A stretch of DNA of 62,652 nt from contig JAQBRJ010000006.1 of NCBI GenBank assembly GCA_028286545.1, positions 1 through 62,652 on the forward strand, read 5' to 3'. The notes beneath the pieces were generated by a model. The model ran no database searches. It was not told the origin of the DNA and saw only the letters and a list, made by a program, of their open reading frames with translations. This DNA is from Parcubacteria group bacterium (GTDB lineage Bacteria; Patescibacteriota; Minisyncoccia; Phycocordibacterales; Phycocordibacteraceae). Position numbers and translations under genes: made by a program. Of the stretch, positions 24,021 to 33,616 are shown piece after piece. How positions within the stretch are numbered: position 1 is the first letter of the stretch; every line of letters begins with the position of its first letter.

Positions 24021-25121
24021 ATGCCAGCTGCAAAGAAATCTAAGAAGCCGGTCAAAAAGGATCGCAAAACTTCCTACATCATAGGGTTCACCTTGGTGTG
24101 GATCGTTGTTATCTATCTCATCGGATGGAGCGATGTGTTGGGCACCCGCTATTCTCGGGAAGAGGCACAAGCAACTACCACGTCTATAACCAGTATCTTC
24201 AAGAAAGAGGATCCAAAGCCAACACTCGATACCAAGGCGTACGACGCTAAGATGATGGCTATTGCAAACTATGCGTCGACCACCGCATCAACGACGAAAC
24301 GCATCTGGCCTACGCAGGCTCCGTATCCTAAAGCTGGAGCAATTCTCCCGTTTAAACGCATCATCGCGTACTACGGTAATTTCTACTCAACCCGTATGGG
24401 TGTGCTTGGTGAATACGATACGCCGACTATGCTCGCAAAACTTCGCAGTACGGTGGCGGCGTGGACTGCGGCGGACCCTTCTACTCCTGCAATTCCTGCC
24501 ATCGATTACATTGCACTCACTGCACAGGGAAGTCCGGGCAAGCAAGGATACTACATGCTTCGTATGCCCGATACGGAAATTGATAAGGCTGTTGCGCTCG
24601 CAAACCAAGTGAACGGGATTGTTATTCTTGATGTACAGGTAGGACTCTCAAATCTTCAACGTGAACTTCCGATGCTCGACAAGTACCTCGCAATGCCGAA
24701 CGTACATCTTGCCATTGACCCAGAGTTTTCTATGAAAGGTGGTGAGAAGCCAGGAACGGTAATTGGTACGTTTAGTTCTGCAGACGTGAACTACGCTGCC
24801 CAGCATTTGGCAAAGCTTGTGCAAGAGAATAATCTTCCACCAAAGGTTTTGATCATACATCGCTTCACAGAGAATATGGTAACGGGATACAAGAATATAC
24901 AGCCACTCCCTGAAGTACAGATTGTTATGGACATGGACGGATGGGGAGACCCGGCAAAGAAACTAAATACGTATCAGCGCTTTGAAGCGACCCAGCCTGT
25001 GCAATTTACTGGCTTCAAACTCTTCTATAAGAACGATCTCAAGCCACCAAGCACCCGCATGCTCACACCAAAGGAGTTACTCAAACTCACGCCACGTCCG
25101 TTGTTTATTCAGTATCAGTAA
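24021..25121 (+). CDS. Hypothetical membrane-anchored extracytoplasmic protein
   Basis: 366 aa with a Lys-rich N-terminus, one TM helix (FTLVWIVVIYLIGW) and a large soluble domain. No confident family. Confidence 0.5.
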   Translation: MPAAKKSKKPVKKDRKTSYIIGFTLVWIVVIYLIGWSDVLGTRYSREEAQATTTSITSIFKKEDPKPTLDTKAYDAKMMAIANYASTTASTTKRIWPTQAPYPKAGAILPFKRIIAYYGNFYSTRMGVLGEYDTPTMLAKLRSTVAAWTAADPSTPAIPAIDYIALTAQGSPGKQGYYMLRMPDTEIDKAVALANQVNGIVILDVQVGLSNLQRELPMLDKYLAMPNVHLAIDPEFSMKGGEKPGTVIGTFSSADVNYAAQHLAKLVQENNLPPKVLIIHRFTENMVTGYKNIQPLPEVQIVMDMDGWGDPAKKLNTYQRFEATQPVQFTGFKLFYKNDLKPPSTRMLTPKELLKLTPRPLFIQYQ

Positions 25122-25156
25122 TAAAAACCGCCCGAAAGCCTGAGTGGCTTCCGAGC
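25122..25156 (-). terminator. Intrinsic terminator of the 25167..25496 gene
   Basis: Minus-strand stem GCUCGGAAGCC-ACUCA-GGCUUUCGGGC (11 bp, two G-U pairs) followed by GGUUUUUAUUA. Confidence 0.55.
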
Positions 25157-25166
25157 AGTAGTGCGC

Positions 25167-25496
25167 TTATTTGCGGCGACGACAGTGAAGGTTAATGATT
25201 TCCGTGTGGTCTGTGCGGACCCAAGCGCACGTCATGGGGTCCTGGAATAGCGCCGGCCATTCATAATTCTGACAGAGACGGCCGCCGGTGATTGTCACGT
25301 TCCTGCCGTGACTTTCCACGGTCATCGAATAACGGGTAGGACAGATCTCCATTACGGCTCCATCCCTGAGCAGTTCGGCGTGTGTCACGCCGGGTTGTGT
25401 CGACCAGGAACGCACGTTTGGCGGTAGAGGATTCTGCTGCGCACTACAAGGAATGGCGGTAAAGATTGCGATTGCGGAAAGGACCGTGCGGTACAT
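25167..25496 (-). CDS. Small secreted cysteine-rich protein, hypothetical
   Basis: 109 aa with a signal peptide (MYRTVLSAIAIFTAIPCSAQ) and further Cys residues in the mature part. AGGAG lies 7 nt upstream. G+C is 39/60 at 25201-25260. Confidence 0.6.
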   Translation of the reverse strand: MYRTVLSAIAIFTAIPCSAQQNPLPPNVRSWSTQPGVTHAELLRDGAVMEICPTRYSMTVESHGRNVTITGGRLCQNYEWPALFQDPMTCAWVRTDHTEIINLHCRRRK

Positions 25497-25563
25497 TGGA
25501 CTACTCCTGTTTGAGAATACCGTGTGAGTAATATGTCGTATAATATGACTCCTGTCAATTATG

Positions 25564-26907
25564 TCACGATGAGTGGTTTGCCTGAGTACTTAGCAGAAGA
25601 TCTAATTTCTGGGCTGCCTGTAGACCGCTTGTGAATGCGCCTTCCATAAAAGGACCGCCAAGATAGTCACCGGCAAAGACGAGAGCCTCACTACTGTGTT
25701 TCTGATCTTCATTAAAACTCTCGAGCTTTTTAAAGTATCCCGTATCAAAAATAGGGAGAGCTTCCTCCCAGCGCTGCACGTAGGTAGAAAGCGGTGCTGG
25801 CTTATCGATTAGTATCGCATCCTCGCCCAATTGCGCTGCATCTACAAGAGTCTTGATGATAGCGTTGTCATTTTGCAGACAGAGTTCTTTTCCTATAGTT
25901 CCAGCAGCAGAAACTTTTAGCGACCCTATTGATGATTCAATATGCTCGACATCTGGTTCATGTAAGGCGGTAACTGCTGACACTGGAAGGTCTTCTTTTC
26001 GTGGGAATGCGATACCAATATTTCCACGAAGATATTTCTTATTGTATGTACGCGCGACAACTGTGGTGGAAGAATATTGCACACCTTCAAAAAAGGTTCG
26101 CTGTTGAGGAGGTAGGTCTGGAATCATCTGCGGTATAGCGCTGGCAGTAGTCGCACATACAATTCCATCAGCATGGAATATTTGTTCAGTAGTCCCATCG
26201 GTAATTGTTACTGAATACGTTGAATCAGTCTCTCGCTGTACGCGCGTAACTGTTTTATTCAATAAAACAGTAGCTCCCTCTGCCGCTTTTTCTGGCATGC
26301 GTTGCAGGCCGCCACGCAGTTTATACGTACCGCCCTTAAACAACGTCTTCCCCGCAATGAGCAATATTGCTTCGCTGACGTCCTCGGGAGCCCAATAGAA
26401 ATGAGCGTGGAGTGCAGGTTGCAAAACATACTCTAGAAATTCTTTTCCAGATGGTGTTGAATAGAGATCAGTAATGGAAGCATTATCGTATCTCGCGAGC
26501 TTCCATGGATTGTGTATATCGATTGTATTCCAACGTATTAGAGTTTTAGCTAAGATTGGTAGAATGTGGAACTTCGCGCTCCATGAAAGTATCTTTGTAC
26601 CCAGAAAGGCTTTGGGGGTAGAAATTCTAATTTTGCCATTGCGTATGATTCCTGGCAGGCCGTTATATCGATAAAGACGCTCTAGAAGATTATTTTCTCT
26701 CAGGAATTGGAGCACGTTTGGATACATGTTAGTCATGAATCCTGCACCTAGTTCTAGGCTGATGCCGTCGGTGAGCTGGGTATGTATTCGTCCGCCCAAT
26801 CGATCATTCTTTTCGATTATCGTGACGTCATAACCCTTCTTTGTGAGGAAATAGGCGGCAGATGTACCCGCCATACCGCCACCGATGACAATAATCTTCT
26901 TTTGCAT
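25564..26907 (-). CDS. FAD-dependent oxidoreductase (amine oxidase / protoporphyrinogen oxidase-like)
   Basis: 447 aa. N-terminal dinucleotide-binding IIVIGGGMAGTSAAYFL...DVTIIEKNDRLGGRI and C-terminal FAGDYLGGPFMEGAFTSG. Confidence 0.8.
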   Translation of the reverse strand: MQKKIIVIGGGMAGTSAAYFLTKKGYDVTIIEKNDRLGGRIHTQLTDGISLELGAGFMTNMYPNVLQFLRENNLLERLYRYNGLPGIIRNGKIRISTPKAFLGTKILSWSAKFHILPILAKTLIRWNTIDIHNPWKLARYDNASITDLYSTPSGKEFLEYVLQPALHAHFYWAPEDVSEAILLIAGKTLFKGGTYKLRGGLQRMPEKAAEGATVLLNKTVTRVQRETDSTYSVTITDGTTEQIFHADGIVCATTASAIPQMIPDLPPQQRTFFEGVQYSSTTVVARTYNKKYLRGNIGIAFPRKEDLPVSAVTALHEPDVEHIESSIGSLKVSAAGTIGKELCLQNDNAIIKTLVDAAQLGEDAILIDKPAPLSTYVQRWEEALPIFDTGYFKKLESFNEDQKHSSEALVFAGDYLGGPFMEGAFTSGLQAAQKLDLLLSTQANHSS

Positions 26908-26988
26908 ATTTCTACAGTAACAGACTCTGGACCAACTTTATCTCGCCACAATAAGCAACGTCAGTAACATTGTCGTATAATCATCGTA

Positions 26989-27657
26989 ATGATGGAACAG
27001 ATACCAGGCATGACACCTGATGAGGAGCGAGACAAGATAGTTGTTAAGGAAAATAATGAACCACTTGTTGAAATTAAAGAGACCGATCGTATCAAGCTAC
27101 GTCTCCTAAAGCCTATACAAGCAGCAGGCTTCGTCAGGAAGACTCTTTGGGAAAAACTCATGCGTGTCTCTGAATCACTACCCGAGAACATGGTTCTTTT
27201 ACCTATAGAAGGCTATCGAAGTATGGACTCGCAAAGAGAGGGGTGGGAAAAATGGTGCAAGGCGATACAAACTGAGCATCCCGAATGGTCTGAAGTGCAA
27301 GTCGAAAAAGAAGCGGTTCGAATCGTTGCGAGACCACATCCACTCGCTAATCATCATTGCGGTGGGGCAATAGACATTACTATAGGGTATATGGACGGAT
27401 CGTTAGTTGATATGGGTACTCCCTATCCCGATGGGACCGAAGGGGATGCTGAACGAGAGAAACTTATGATGTTCTCTGAAAATATTACGGCAATGCAGAC
27501 CGCAAATCGAAAGATACTTCGTGATGCAATGGCTGCCCAGGACATAGCGTACTACCCAGCAGAGTGGTGGCATTATTGCTGGGGTGATCGCATGTGGGCA
27601 GTGCATACAAGGCGCACAGAATGCTTGTATGGTCCGGCAGAACTTCTGGTAGCTTAA
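26989..27657 (+). CDS. M15-family D-alanyl-D-alanine dipeptidase (VanX/DdpX-like)
   Basis: 222 aa. EGYRS...Q, HHCGGAIDIT (zinc/substrate motif) and AEWWHY match VanX-type signatures. Confidence 0.7.
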   Translation: MMEQIPGMTPDEERDKIVVKENNEPLVEIKETDRIKLRLLKPIQAAGFVRKTLWEKLMRVSESLPENMVLLPIEGYRSMDSQREGWEKWCKAIQTEHPEWSEVQVEKEAVRIVARPHPLANHHCGGAIDITIGYMDGSLVDMGTPYPDGTEGDAEREKLMMFSENITAMQTANRKILRDAMAAQDIAYYPAEWWHYCWGDRMWAVHTRRTECLYGPAELLVA

Positions 27658-27830
27658 CGCCACGATGAGTGGCCGACGTGCCATTTGCGGCAGTACGGGC
27701 AGCGATAGGCATGATTACCGCCGCCAAGGCGATGGGCTTCTCTGGCAGCGTTCGCTTCACTACTGTGTTTAACTTTGCGCCAGCACGTACGATAGCGGCG
27801 CCAGAAGAAGTAATAGATATCGAGTATCAT
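27654..27830 (-). CDS. Possible 58-aa small protein with a C-terminal zinc-ribbon-like motif (below the ORF-track cut-off)
   Basis: My own translation: MILDIYYFFWRRYRTCWRKVKHSSEANAAREAHRLGGGNHAYRCPYCRKWHVGHSSWR. It lies in a GC-rich patch of an otherwise unexplained 247-nt gap. Its stop overlaps the vanX-like stop. No SD. Confidence 0.3.
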   Translation of the reverse strand: MILDIYYFFWRRYRTCWRKVKHSSEANAAREAHRLGGGNHAYRCPYCRKWHVGHSSWR

Positions 27831-27904
27831 AGAGAAAAATAGCGGACTTTAGCTAAGTATACTCGCTTTGATAGAAGGAGTTTCTATCTGGTATGCTCTA
27901 GGGA

Positions 27905-29161
27905 ATGGCTAGCGCACGTCGGGGTACAGGGCTTTTCTTAAAGTTCACACCGTTCTGGGTTTTTCTCATCCTCTTCAAATTTGCGGGTGCTCTACACTAC
28001 TCTTTGATGTCTCCCCTAGGAGAACGTCTTCTGCCTTTATGGGCTGTTGGTTTTCTCATGGGAGGTGCATCGCTCATACAATTATTGCTCGACGTGCCTG
28101 CGGGTCGTCTCCTCGATCGCTTTGGCTATCGAAAACTACTTACTCTCACGACACTTATTTTCCTGGTAGGAGCACTGTGCCTGTTCTTTAAATTCACTGT
28201 CGTAACATACCTGACGAGTATGGCACTTAGTATATTTGGCTGGTTATTCTTCGGTCCTGGTATTAATGCCTATCTTCTCTCAAGCGCACCAAAGGAGAGT
28301 GCTGGGCGATTTATGTCGTTGCGTGATGTATTTGGTTCTGTGGGGGTTGTTCTTTCAAGCGCAGTGTTGCCGTTTGTTCTTTTGCTTTCACCGACTCATA
28401 TGGGCCTCGTATTGTCGGCATCATTTGTGGCAGCAATCATTGCTATCGTGGTATCGCCGCGAGATCACGTATCGGTACATGTAGAACAAAAGCTTCCAAC
28501 GCAACACTACTATATTCGTCGCGAACTTCACACGTCGCTCGGAATGATTCGAAAGCTCAATCCTGCAAGCACAACCTTGCTTCTCCTAAACACTGCGAGC
28601 GGCATTATTTATGGCGTTATCTGGTTCGTCGTACCACTCGTACTTGCACACCAGGCAAATGATTTCATGCTTGGTATTGGTCTCGGCATATTCGACTTCG
28701 CGATAGTAGTGCTGGGATTCTTGCTCGGGGCGCTCGCTGACCGTCTTGAAAAGAAGAGGCTCGTGTTCTTTGGTCTCCTCATTTTCTCGCTCTTTGGTCT
28801 TCTCCTTGGCTCAGGCTTTGGATTGCTATTCATTCTCTTCGGATTTTTGGCTACGTCAGGGGACGAAATGGCGAGCATATCGCTGTGGGCATGGCTCCAC
28901 TCGCTTGATAGGGAGCATGCGCATGACGGAGCGGTGTCGGGTATTATCAATCTCTTTGAGGATCTCGGTTGGATGATAGGTCCCGTTGCTGCGGGACTCT
29001 TGTATGGCTTAGTCGGACCTTCATGGACCGTCGCGATTGGCGCTGCACCTATATTAGTTATTTGGGTACTCTATTGGCTTGTGTTCCAAAAAGACCATAT
29101 GCCCAGCATAGAGTCGCAACTTCTCCCGGCAAAGCCGCATAAGAGAAGACACAAGATGTAA
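27905..29161 (+). CDS. MFS transporter
   Basis: 418 aa with about 12 predicted TM helices and the loop 2-3 motif DVPAGRLLDRFGYRK. Confidence 0.8.
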   Translation: MASARRGTGLFLKFTPFWVFLILFKFAGALHYSLMSPLGERLLPLWAVGFLMGGASLIQLLLDVPAGRLLDRFGYRKLLTLTTLIFLVGALCLFFKFTVVTYLTSMALSIFGWLFFGPGINAYLLSSAPKESAGRFMSLRDVFGSVGVVLSSAVLPFVLLLSPTHMGLVLSASFVAAIIAIVVSPRDHVSVHVEQKLPTQHYYIRRELHTSLGMIRKLNPASTTLLLLNTASGIIYGVIWFVVPLVLAHQANDFMLGIGLGIFDFAIVVLGFLLGALADRLEKKRLVFFGLLIFSLFGLLLGSGFGLLFILFGFLATSGDEMASISLWAWLHSLDREHAHDGAVSGIINLFEDLGWMIGPVAAGLLYGLVGPSWTVAIGAAPILVIWVLYWLVFQKDHMPSIESQLLPAKPHKRRHKM

Positions 29162-29176
29162 CTCTATGAGCACATC

Positions 29177-29632
29177 ATGATTAAAGCTGACCGGTACCAA
29201 GTGATTCTCATGAAGTCTCCAACGAGTCTTCCGTTCAGTTTCGCGAGTCATCCCTGGTTCATCATTAATAAGAAAGGTACGGTATCTCGATGGGGAGTGG
29301 GGTGGAGGCCTACAATCTACAACCCAAAAGCACTGAGTGGACATATCGCGACCGACGCCCAGCCGTTTTTTCAGGGATTACGGATTTTTCATTTTGTTGA
29401 TACGTGGCATTGGAAAGGCCACGTAGTTGGAATTATAGAAGGTGATGAAACTTCGATAGCAGCCCAAATGATTAATTGCATAGAGCATTCTCCAGAAACC
29501 TATCCTTTTAAAGACACTTATTCTTTTCTGGGACCAAATAGTAATACTTACGCACAATGGATTCTGAATCAGTTTCCAGAGTCAGGATTACGATTGCCGT
29601 GGAATGCTGTGGGTAAGAATTTTCGTCCATGA
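29177..29632 (+). CDS. Hypothetical protein (possibly DUF3750-like)
   Basis: 151 aa. HPWFIINKKG..SRWGV and GPNSNTYAQWIL...LPWNAVGKN resemble what I recall of DUF3750. Unverified. Confidence 0.45.
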   Translation: MIKADRYQVILMKSPTSLPFSFASHPWFIINKKGTVSRWGVGWRPTIYNPKALSGHIATDAQPFFQGLRIFHFVDTWHWKGHVVGIIEGDETSIAAQMINCIEHSPETYPFKDTYSFLGPNSNTYAQWILNQFPESGLRLPWNAVGKNFRP

Positions 29633-30390
29633 AAGTACTAAGTCTTAATGCGCAGAAGGCATATAACTCTAACCTAGAGTCTTTTCTTAAGAAGATTTTA
29701 GAATCAAGTTACTATGATTTCTTACTCCTCCAAGAAGCAACTGAATCTGTTCTCAAATATTTTAGGCATTCTTCAGAATATTCGATACTAACGGCGACGG
29801 ACGAGGCTGTGGGAGAACAGAGTCACCTTTGTATTGTGTATCGAACGTCGATTCCGCTCTTGTCTCATCAGATACAATCTTTTGCGGGAATGCGGTTTGA
29901 TCCAGTTAGAGGGTATAAGCACCCCGGCTTTGGCGTTTTGAGTGCTTCATTTAAGTATGAAGGAAAAGAGGTCTGCCTTGCCAGTGTCCATTTGCACTCA
30001 GGTATTGATGCAAAAGTACGCGTACATGAGCTTGTTCTCCTTAGAGAATTTGTAAGCCAAACGGTTGATTCACTCCCTGCAATAGTCTCAGGGGATTTCA
30101 ATTTCGGATATCCGTGGGAGTTATCGCGCGGGACCAGCTTACTCGCACCGGAGTTGCTGTGTGTAACTCGCGCTTTGGGCGGGACACTCGATAGCCGGTA
30201 TTCAGAATACGCCAATCATTTGCCAAACAAAGTTGCGACCTTCTTTGCCAAGTTTGGACTTGGTATTAAACTTCGGGCCGATCACTTTTTCGTTAGTCAG
30301 GAACTTGCGGAGTCGTCTGGTATAGCCTGTCGCATACTTCCTGACCGAGTGTCAGACCATAGTCCTATTGAGCTTATACTTGCTCGCTAA
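29629..30390 (+). CDS. Endonuclease/exonuclease/phosphatase (EEP) family protein
   Basis: 253 aa. LLLQE, SVHLHSG, SGDFNF and a C-terminal SDHSPIEL. ATGA start/stop overlap with the upstream gene. Confidence 0.75.
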   Translation: MKVLSLNAQKAYNSNLESFLKKILESSYYDFLLLQEATESVLKYFRHSSEYSILTATDEAVGEQSHLCIVYRTSIPLLSHQIQSFAGMRFDPVRGYKHPGFGVLSASFKYEGKEVCLASVHLHSGIDAKVRVHELVLLREFVSQTVDSLPAIVSGDFNFGYPWELSRGTSLLAPELLCVTRALGGTLDSRYSEYANHLPNKVATFFAKFGLGIKLRADHFFVSQELAESSGIACRILPDRVSDHSPIELILAR

Positions 30391-30422
30391 GTATCTCTTC
30401 ATTATTTGGTATCATTCTTGGT

Positions 30423-30971
30423 ATGGACATTCGTCTCCCAAACCCTGATAGAAAGCGAGCACTTGTCCTAGTAGATATGCAAGCGGATTTTATTGGTGAG
30501 GATAGTATGCACATCATTCCGAGAATACAGGGCGTAATACGGGAAGGGGATTACGATCTCATCGTGAATGCAACATTTCATACAGAGGTTGGTTCGCTTT
30601 GGGACCGGCAAGATGGATTTCTTTTTCCTAAGGAGCCGACCATTCCTGAAATAGCAGAGATGCTTGGTCCGAATACTATTCGTATAGAGAAAACTACGAA
30701 ATCAGTCTTTAAGGGAGATATTGACCTCGCACGAGTCTTGCGAGAGAAAGGGATAGAAGAAGTGCATTTCGTCGGACTCGATACGAATGATTGTGTGCTA
30801 AGCAGTGCTGAAGAATCATTTGATCTGGGTTTCTATACGTATGTACTCGAAGAATGCACCGCATCAAGCGAAGGCAAAGATTATCATGAGAAAGCTCTCG
30901 CTATCCTTCGAGAAGTAGAAATGACCAATCACTCATCGCGCATATCCTCCCACAAGACTCTTGAGGTCTGA
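30423..30971 (+). CDS. Isochorismatase-family cysteine hydrolase
   Basis: 182 aa. ALVLVDMQADF, K..F and VGLDTNDCVLSSA (catalytic Asp-Lys-Cys arrangement). Confidence 0.8.
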   Translation: MDIRLPNPDRKRALVLVDMQADFIGEDSMHIIPRIQGVIREGDYDLIVNATFHTEVGSLWDRQDGFLFPKEPTIPEIAEMLGPNTIRIEKTTKSVFKGDIDLARVLREKGIEEVHFVGLDTNDCVLSSAEESFDLGFYTYVLEECTASSEGKDYHEKALAILREVEMTNHSSRISSHKTLEV

Positions 30972-30998
30972 AGAAAGTCTGTAGATTCCGCGCTTAGT

Positions 30999-31373
30999 TT
31001 ATTTCTTATTGGCCAAGATAAGCTTTTTAAGTTCTTCGTCCATCCCGTCAACGATTGTAAGATGTCGCGGCTGCAGCATATCCTCTCGTACATTATCGCT
31101 AAGAGCAGGCACTATAAATACATTCCCACTGTCTTTATATTTACCGAGCACCACCTTCAAACCCTGTGCTGTAAGTTTTCTAATGCGTTCATCAATAGGC
31201 GTAACGAAGCCAGGAGATTCTGCCTCGCCTGCTTTCAACGCGGCATATGCTATGGGATCAATGCCGGTAAAAGGGAATGCCTCTGGCCTCTGGCTAAGCG
31301 ATTCTGCTAGCCTCACATATTCAACGTTTCTTCGCTCTCGCTCTGCTGATAGGGATGGAGAGTGTTCACTCAT
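30999..31373 (-). CDS. Hypothetical protein, tandem paralog A
   Basis: 124 aa. Shares RLAESLSQR..FPFTGIDP..Y..LK..EA..P....PIDERI...QGLKVVLG...DS..I.VPALS.N......RHL.IVDGMDEEL..LILAN with the next gene. Confidence 0.65.
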   Translation of the reverse strand: MSEHSPSLSAERERRNVEYVRLAESLSQRPEAFPFTGIDPIAYAALKAGEAESPGFVTPIDERIRKLTAQGLKVVLGKYKDSGNVFIVPALSDNVREDMLQPRHLTIVDGMDEELKKLILANKK

Positions 31374-31388
31374 ATAACGAGCGTAATG

Positions 31389-31766
31389 CTATTTCTGATT
31401 CGCTAAAATAAGCCTTCGAAGCTCTTCGTCCATACCGTCAACGATTTGAAGATGACGTGCCAGCGTACGGTCCTTCTTATTACTACTGAGAGCAGGTACG
31501 ACGTATATGTCTTTGCTATCTCCGTGCTCTCCCAAGACTACTTTTAGTCCTTGTTCCTTAAATCTTTGAATACGTTCATCGATAGGAGTAAGTAAATCGG
31601 GAAGATTCGCCTCGTCTTCCTTTAATAGTTCATATTCGGTGGGGTCGATGCCGGTGAAGGGTATCGGCTCAACTCTCTGACTCAGTGATTCTGCCAATCG
31701 CACCGTCATTTCGTTGTGTCTATCTCGCTCCTGTTCTGATGATAGAGATATACGTGAATGTTCCAT
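31389..31766 (-). CDS. Hypothetical protein, tandem paralog B
   Basis: Start placed at MEHSRISLSSEQER (ATG at 31766) by alignment to paralog A. The track start at 31829 would add 21 unmatched residues. Confidence 0.6.
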   Translation of the reverse strand: MEHSRISLSSEQERDRHNEMTVRLAESLSQRVEPIPFTGIDPTEYELLKEDEANLPDLLTPIDERIQRFKEQGLKVVLGEHGDSKDIYVVPALSSNKKDRTLARHLQIVDGMDEELRRLILANQK

Positions 31767-31859
31767 TCCCTGAGTATAGCAGGGCCAATCGGTGGTACGT
31801 TCAAGGGAAGGAACGTTCGGTCTACGCAAAATCCAATAAATACGCTATAGTAGGACTAT

Positions 31860-33335
31860 ATGGCAGTAAAGCAAGCGCAGTCACCGCGCGAAGGAAGCGT
31901 TCGTTTTGAAGACGTTTCCTACGGGTACGGCAACAACCATCCGATCTTGAAAGAGACCGGTTTTGCGCTGCGTAGGGGCATGAAAGTGACCCTCATGGGT
32001 CAGAACGGCGCCGGCAAGTCCACGCTCTTCAAGATGATTATGGGCATGATCCAGCCAGACGATGGTCGCATCCTTCTTTCTCCAGGACTCACGGTTGCGA
32101 TGGCGCACCAGGTGATTACTCCTGCAGAGCGCGAGCTTACGGTGCGCGACTTCTTTCAGAAACAGTTTACGAAAAAGGTTTTTGATATTGATCCGAAGAT
32201 TGATGAAGTGCTCGAGATCGTAAACTTAAAGGCGGATCACGATAAGAAGATAAGTTCGTTCTCAGGAGGTCAGCAGGCACGTTTGCTCCTCGCTTCAGCA
32301 CTTATTCAAGAGCCAGACGTATTGCTACTCGACGAGCCTACCAACAACCTCGATCATGCGGGCATTGAGCACCTCACAACCTTCCTCAAGAACTACGAAA
32401 AGACGTGCATGGTTATTTCCCATGATGCAGACTTCTTGAACTCGTTTACCGACGGAGTGGTGTATTTGGACGTGCACACACAGAAGCTCGAACAGTATGT
32501 CGGAAACTATAACGACTTGCTCGATGAAATCTCTGCACGTATTGAACGTGAGAACCGCAAGAACGCGCAGCTCGAGAAAGCTATTCAGGCAAATAAAGAC
32601 AAGGCAAACTTCTTCGCACAGAAGGGAGGAAAGATGCGCGTCGTTGCAAAGAAGATGCGTACACAGATTGAGGAGATGGAAGAAGATAAAGTGGAGACTC
32701 GTCGTGAAGATAAGACTATTCGTCCGTTTACCATTCCTGTACAGGATGAGCTCGTTGGCGAGATTCTAACCATAAGCTCCTATACCACCCTCGATCCGAA
32801 ATCTCATAAAATAGTGCCGCACAAGGCAAGTATCGCTCTAAAGAAAAAGACCCATCTTCACTTGCAGGGACCAAATGGTATTGGTAAGTCCACGCTCCTC
32901 GAATCGCTCGCAAAGGGTGAAGCAGAAGGCGCGACAATCCAGAAGGGTATTCGTGTTGGCTATTATCGCCAGGACTTCTCGACACTTAATTTTGATAACA
33001 CCGTTCGTCAGGAGCTTATGAAAGTAATGGAAAAAGCTGAAGAAGAAGCAATGCGCAAAGTTGCTGCAGGGTTCTTGCTTGTGGGACCTGCCATTGAAAA
33101 GAAAGTTGGTACACTTTCAGAAGGACAGAAAGGTCTTGTGGCGTTCGCGCAGCTCGTACTTCTTAAGCCAGGACTTCTCGTGCTCGACGAGCCAACAAAC
33201 CACATCAACTTCCGTCACTTGCCCGTGATTGCAAAGGCACTCGACCAATATGAAGGCGCAATGGTTATTGTTTCTCACGTTCCTGAATTCGTTTCCCAGA
33301 TTCGCATCGACGAGATACTCGACTTGTCTAAGTAA
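31860..33335 (+). CDS. ABC-F family ATPase (two tandem ABC domains, no membrane domain)
   Basis: 491 aa. GQNGAGKST / FSGGQQARL / LLLDEPTN, and GPNGIGKST / LSEGQKGL / LVLDEPTN, joined by a charged linker. Confidence 0.88.
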   Translation: MAVKQAQSPREGSVRFEDVSYGYGNNHPILKETGFALRRGMKVTLMGQNGAGKSTLFKMIMGMIQPDDGRILLSPGLTVAMAHQVITPAERELTVRDFFQKQFTKKVFDIDPKIDEVLEIVNLKADHDKKISSFSGGQQARLLLASALIQEPDVLLLDEPTNNLDHAGIEHLTTFLKNYEKTCMVISHDADFLNSFTDGVVYLDVHTQKLEQYVGNYNDLLDEISARIERENRKNAQLEKAIQANKDKANFFAQKGGKMRVVAKKMRTQIEEMEEDKVETRREDKTIRPFTIPVQDELVGEILTISSYTTLDPKSHKIVPHKASIALKKKTHLHLQGPNGIGKSTLLESLAKGEAEGATIQKGIRVGYYRQDFSTLNFDNTVRQELMKVMEKAEEEAMRKVAAGFLLVGPAIEKKVGTLSEGQKGLVAFAQLVLLKPGLLVLDEPTNHINFRHLPVIAKALDQYEGAMVIVSHVPEFVSQIRIDEILDLSK

Positions 33336-33338
33336 CAT

Positions 33339-33602
33339 ATGTCCAAAGCTGATACCTACTACGCATATCTCCTCGAGTGCGCAGACGGTACGCTGTATGC
33401 GGGGGTAACGACTGATTTGGAGAGAAGGGTAGTTGAGCACAATACGTCGCCTAAAGGTGCAAAGTATACGCGGGCACGCAGACCGGTAGTGATGAGATAT
33501 CACGAATCGTTTGAAACAATGAGTGATGCGACGAAACGAGAGGCGGCGATCAAGAAATTAGGTCGCACACAAAAGCTCATGCTTTTCGAACAAAAGAGCT
33601 GA
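33339..33602 (+). CDS. GIY-YIG nuclease family protein (UPF0213/YhbQ-like)
   Basis: 87 aa. YYAYLLECADGTLYAGVTTDLERRVVEHN and ...REAAIKKL. Confidence 0.85.
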   Translation: MSKADTYYAYLLECADGTLYAGVTTDLERRVVEHNTSPKGAKYTRARRPVVMRYHESFETMSDATKREAAIKKLGRTQKLMLFEQKS

Positions 33603-33616
33603 TAGAATACATCGCA

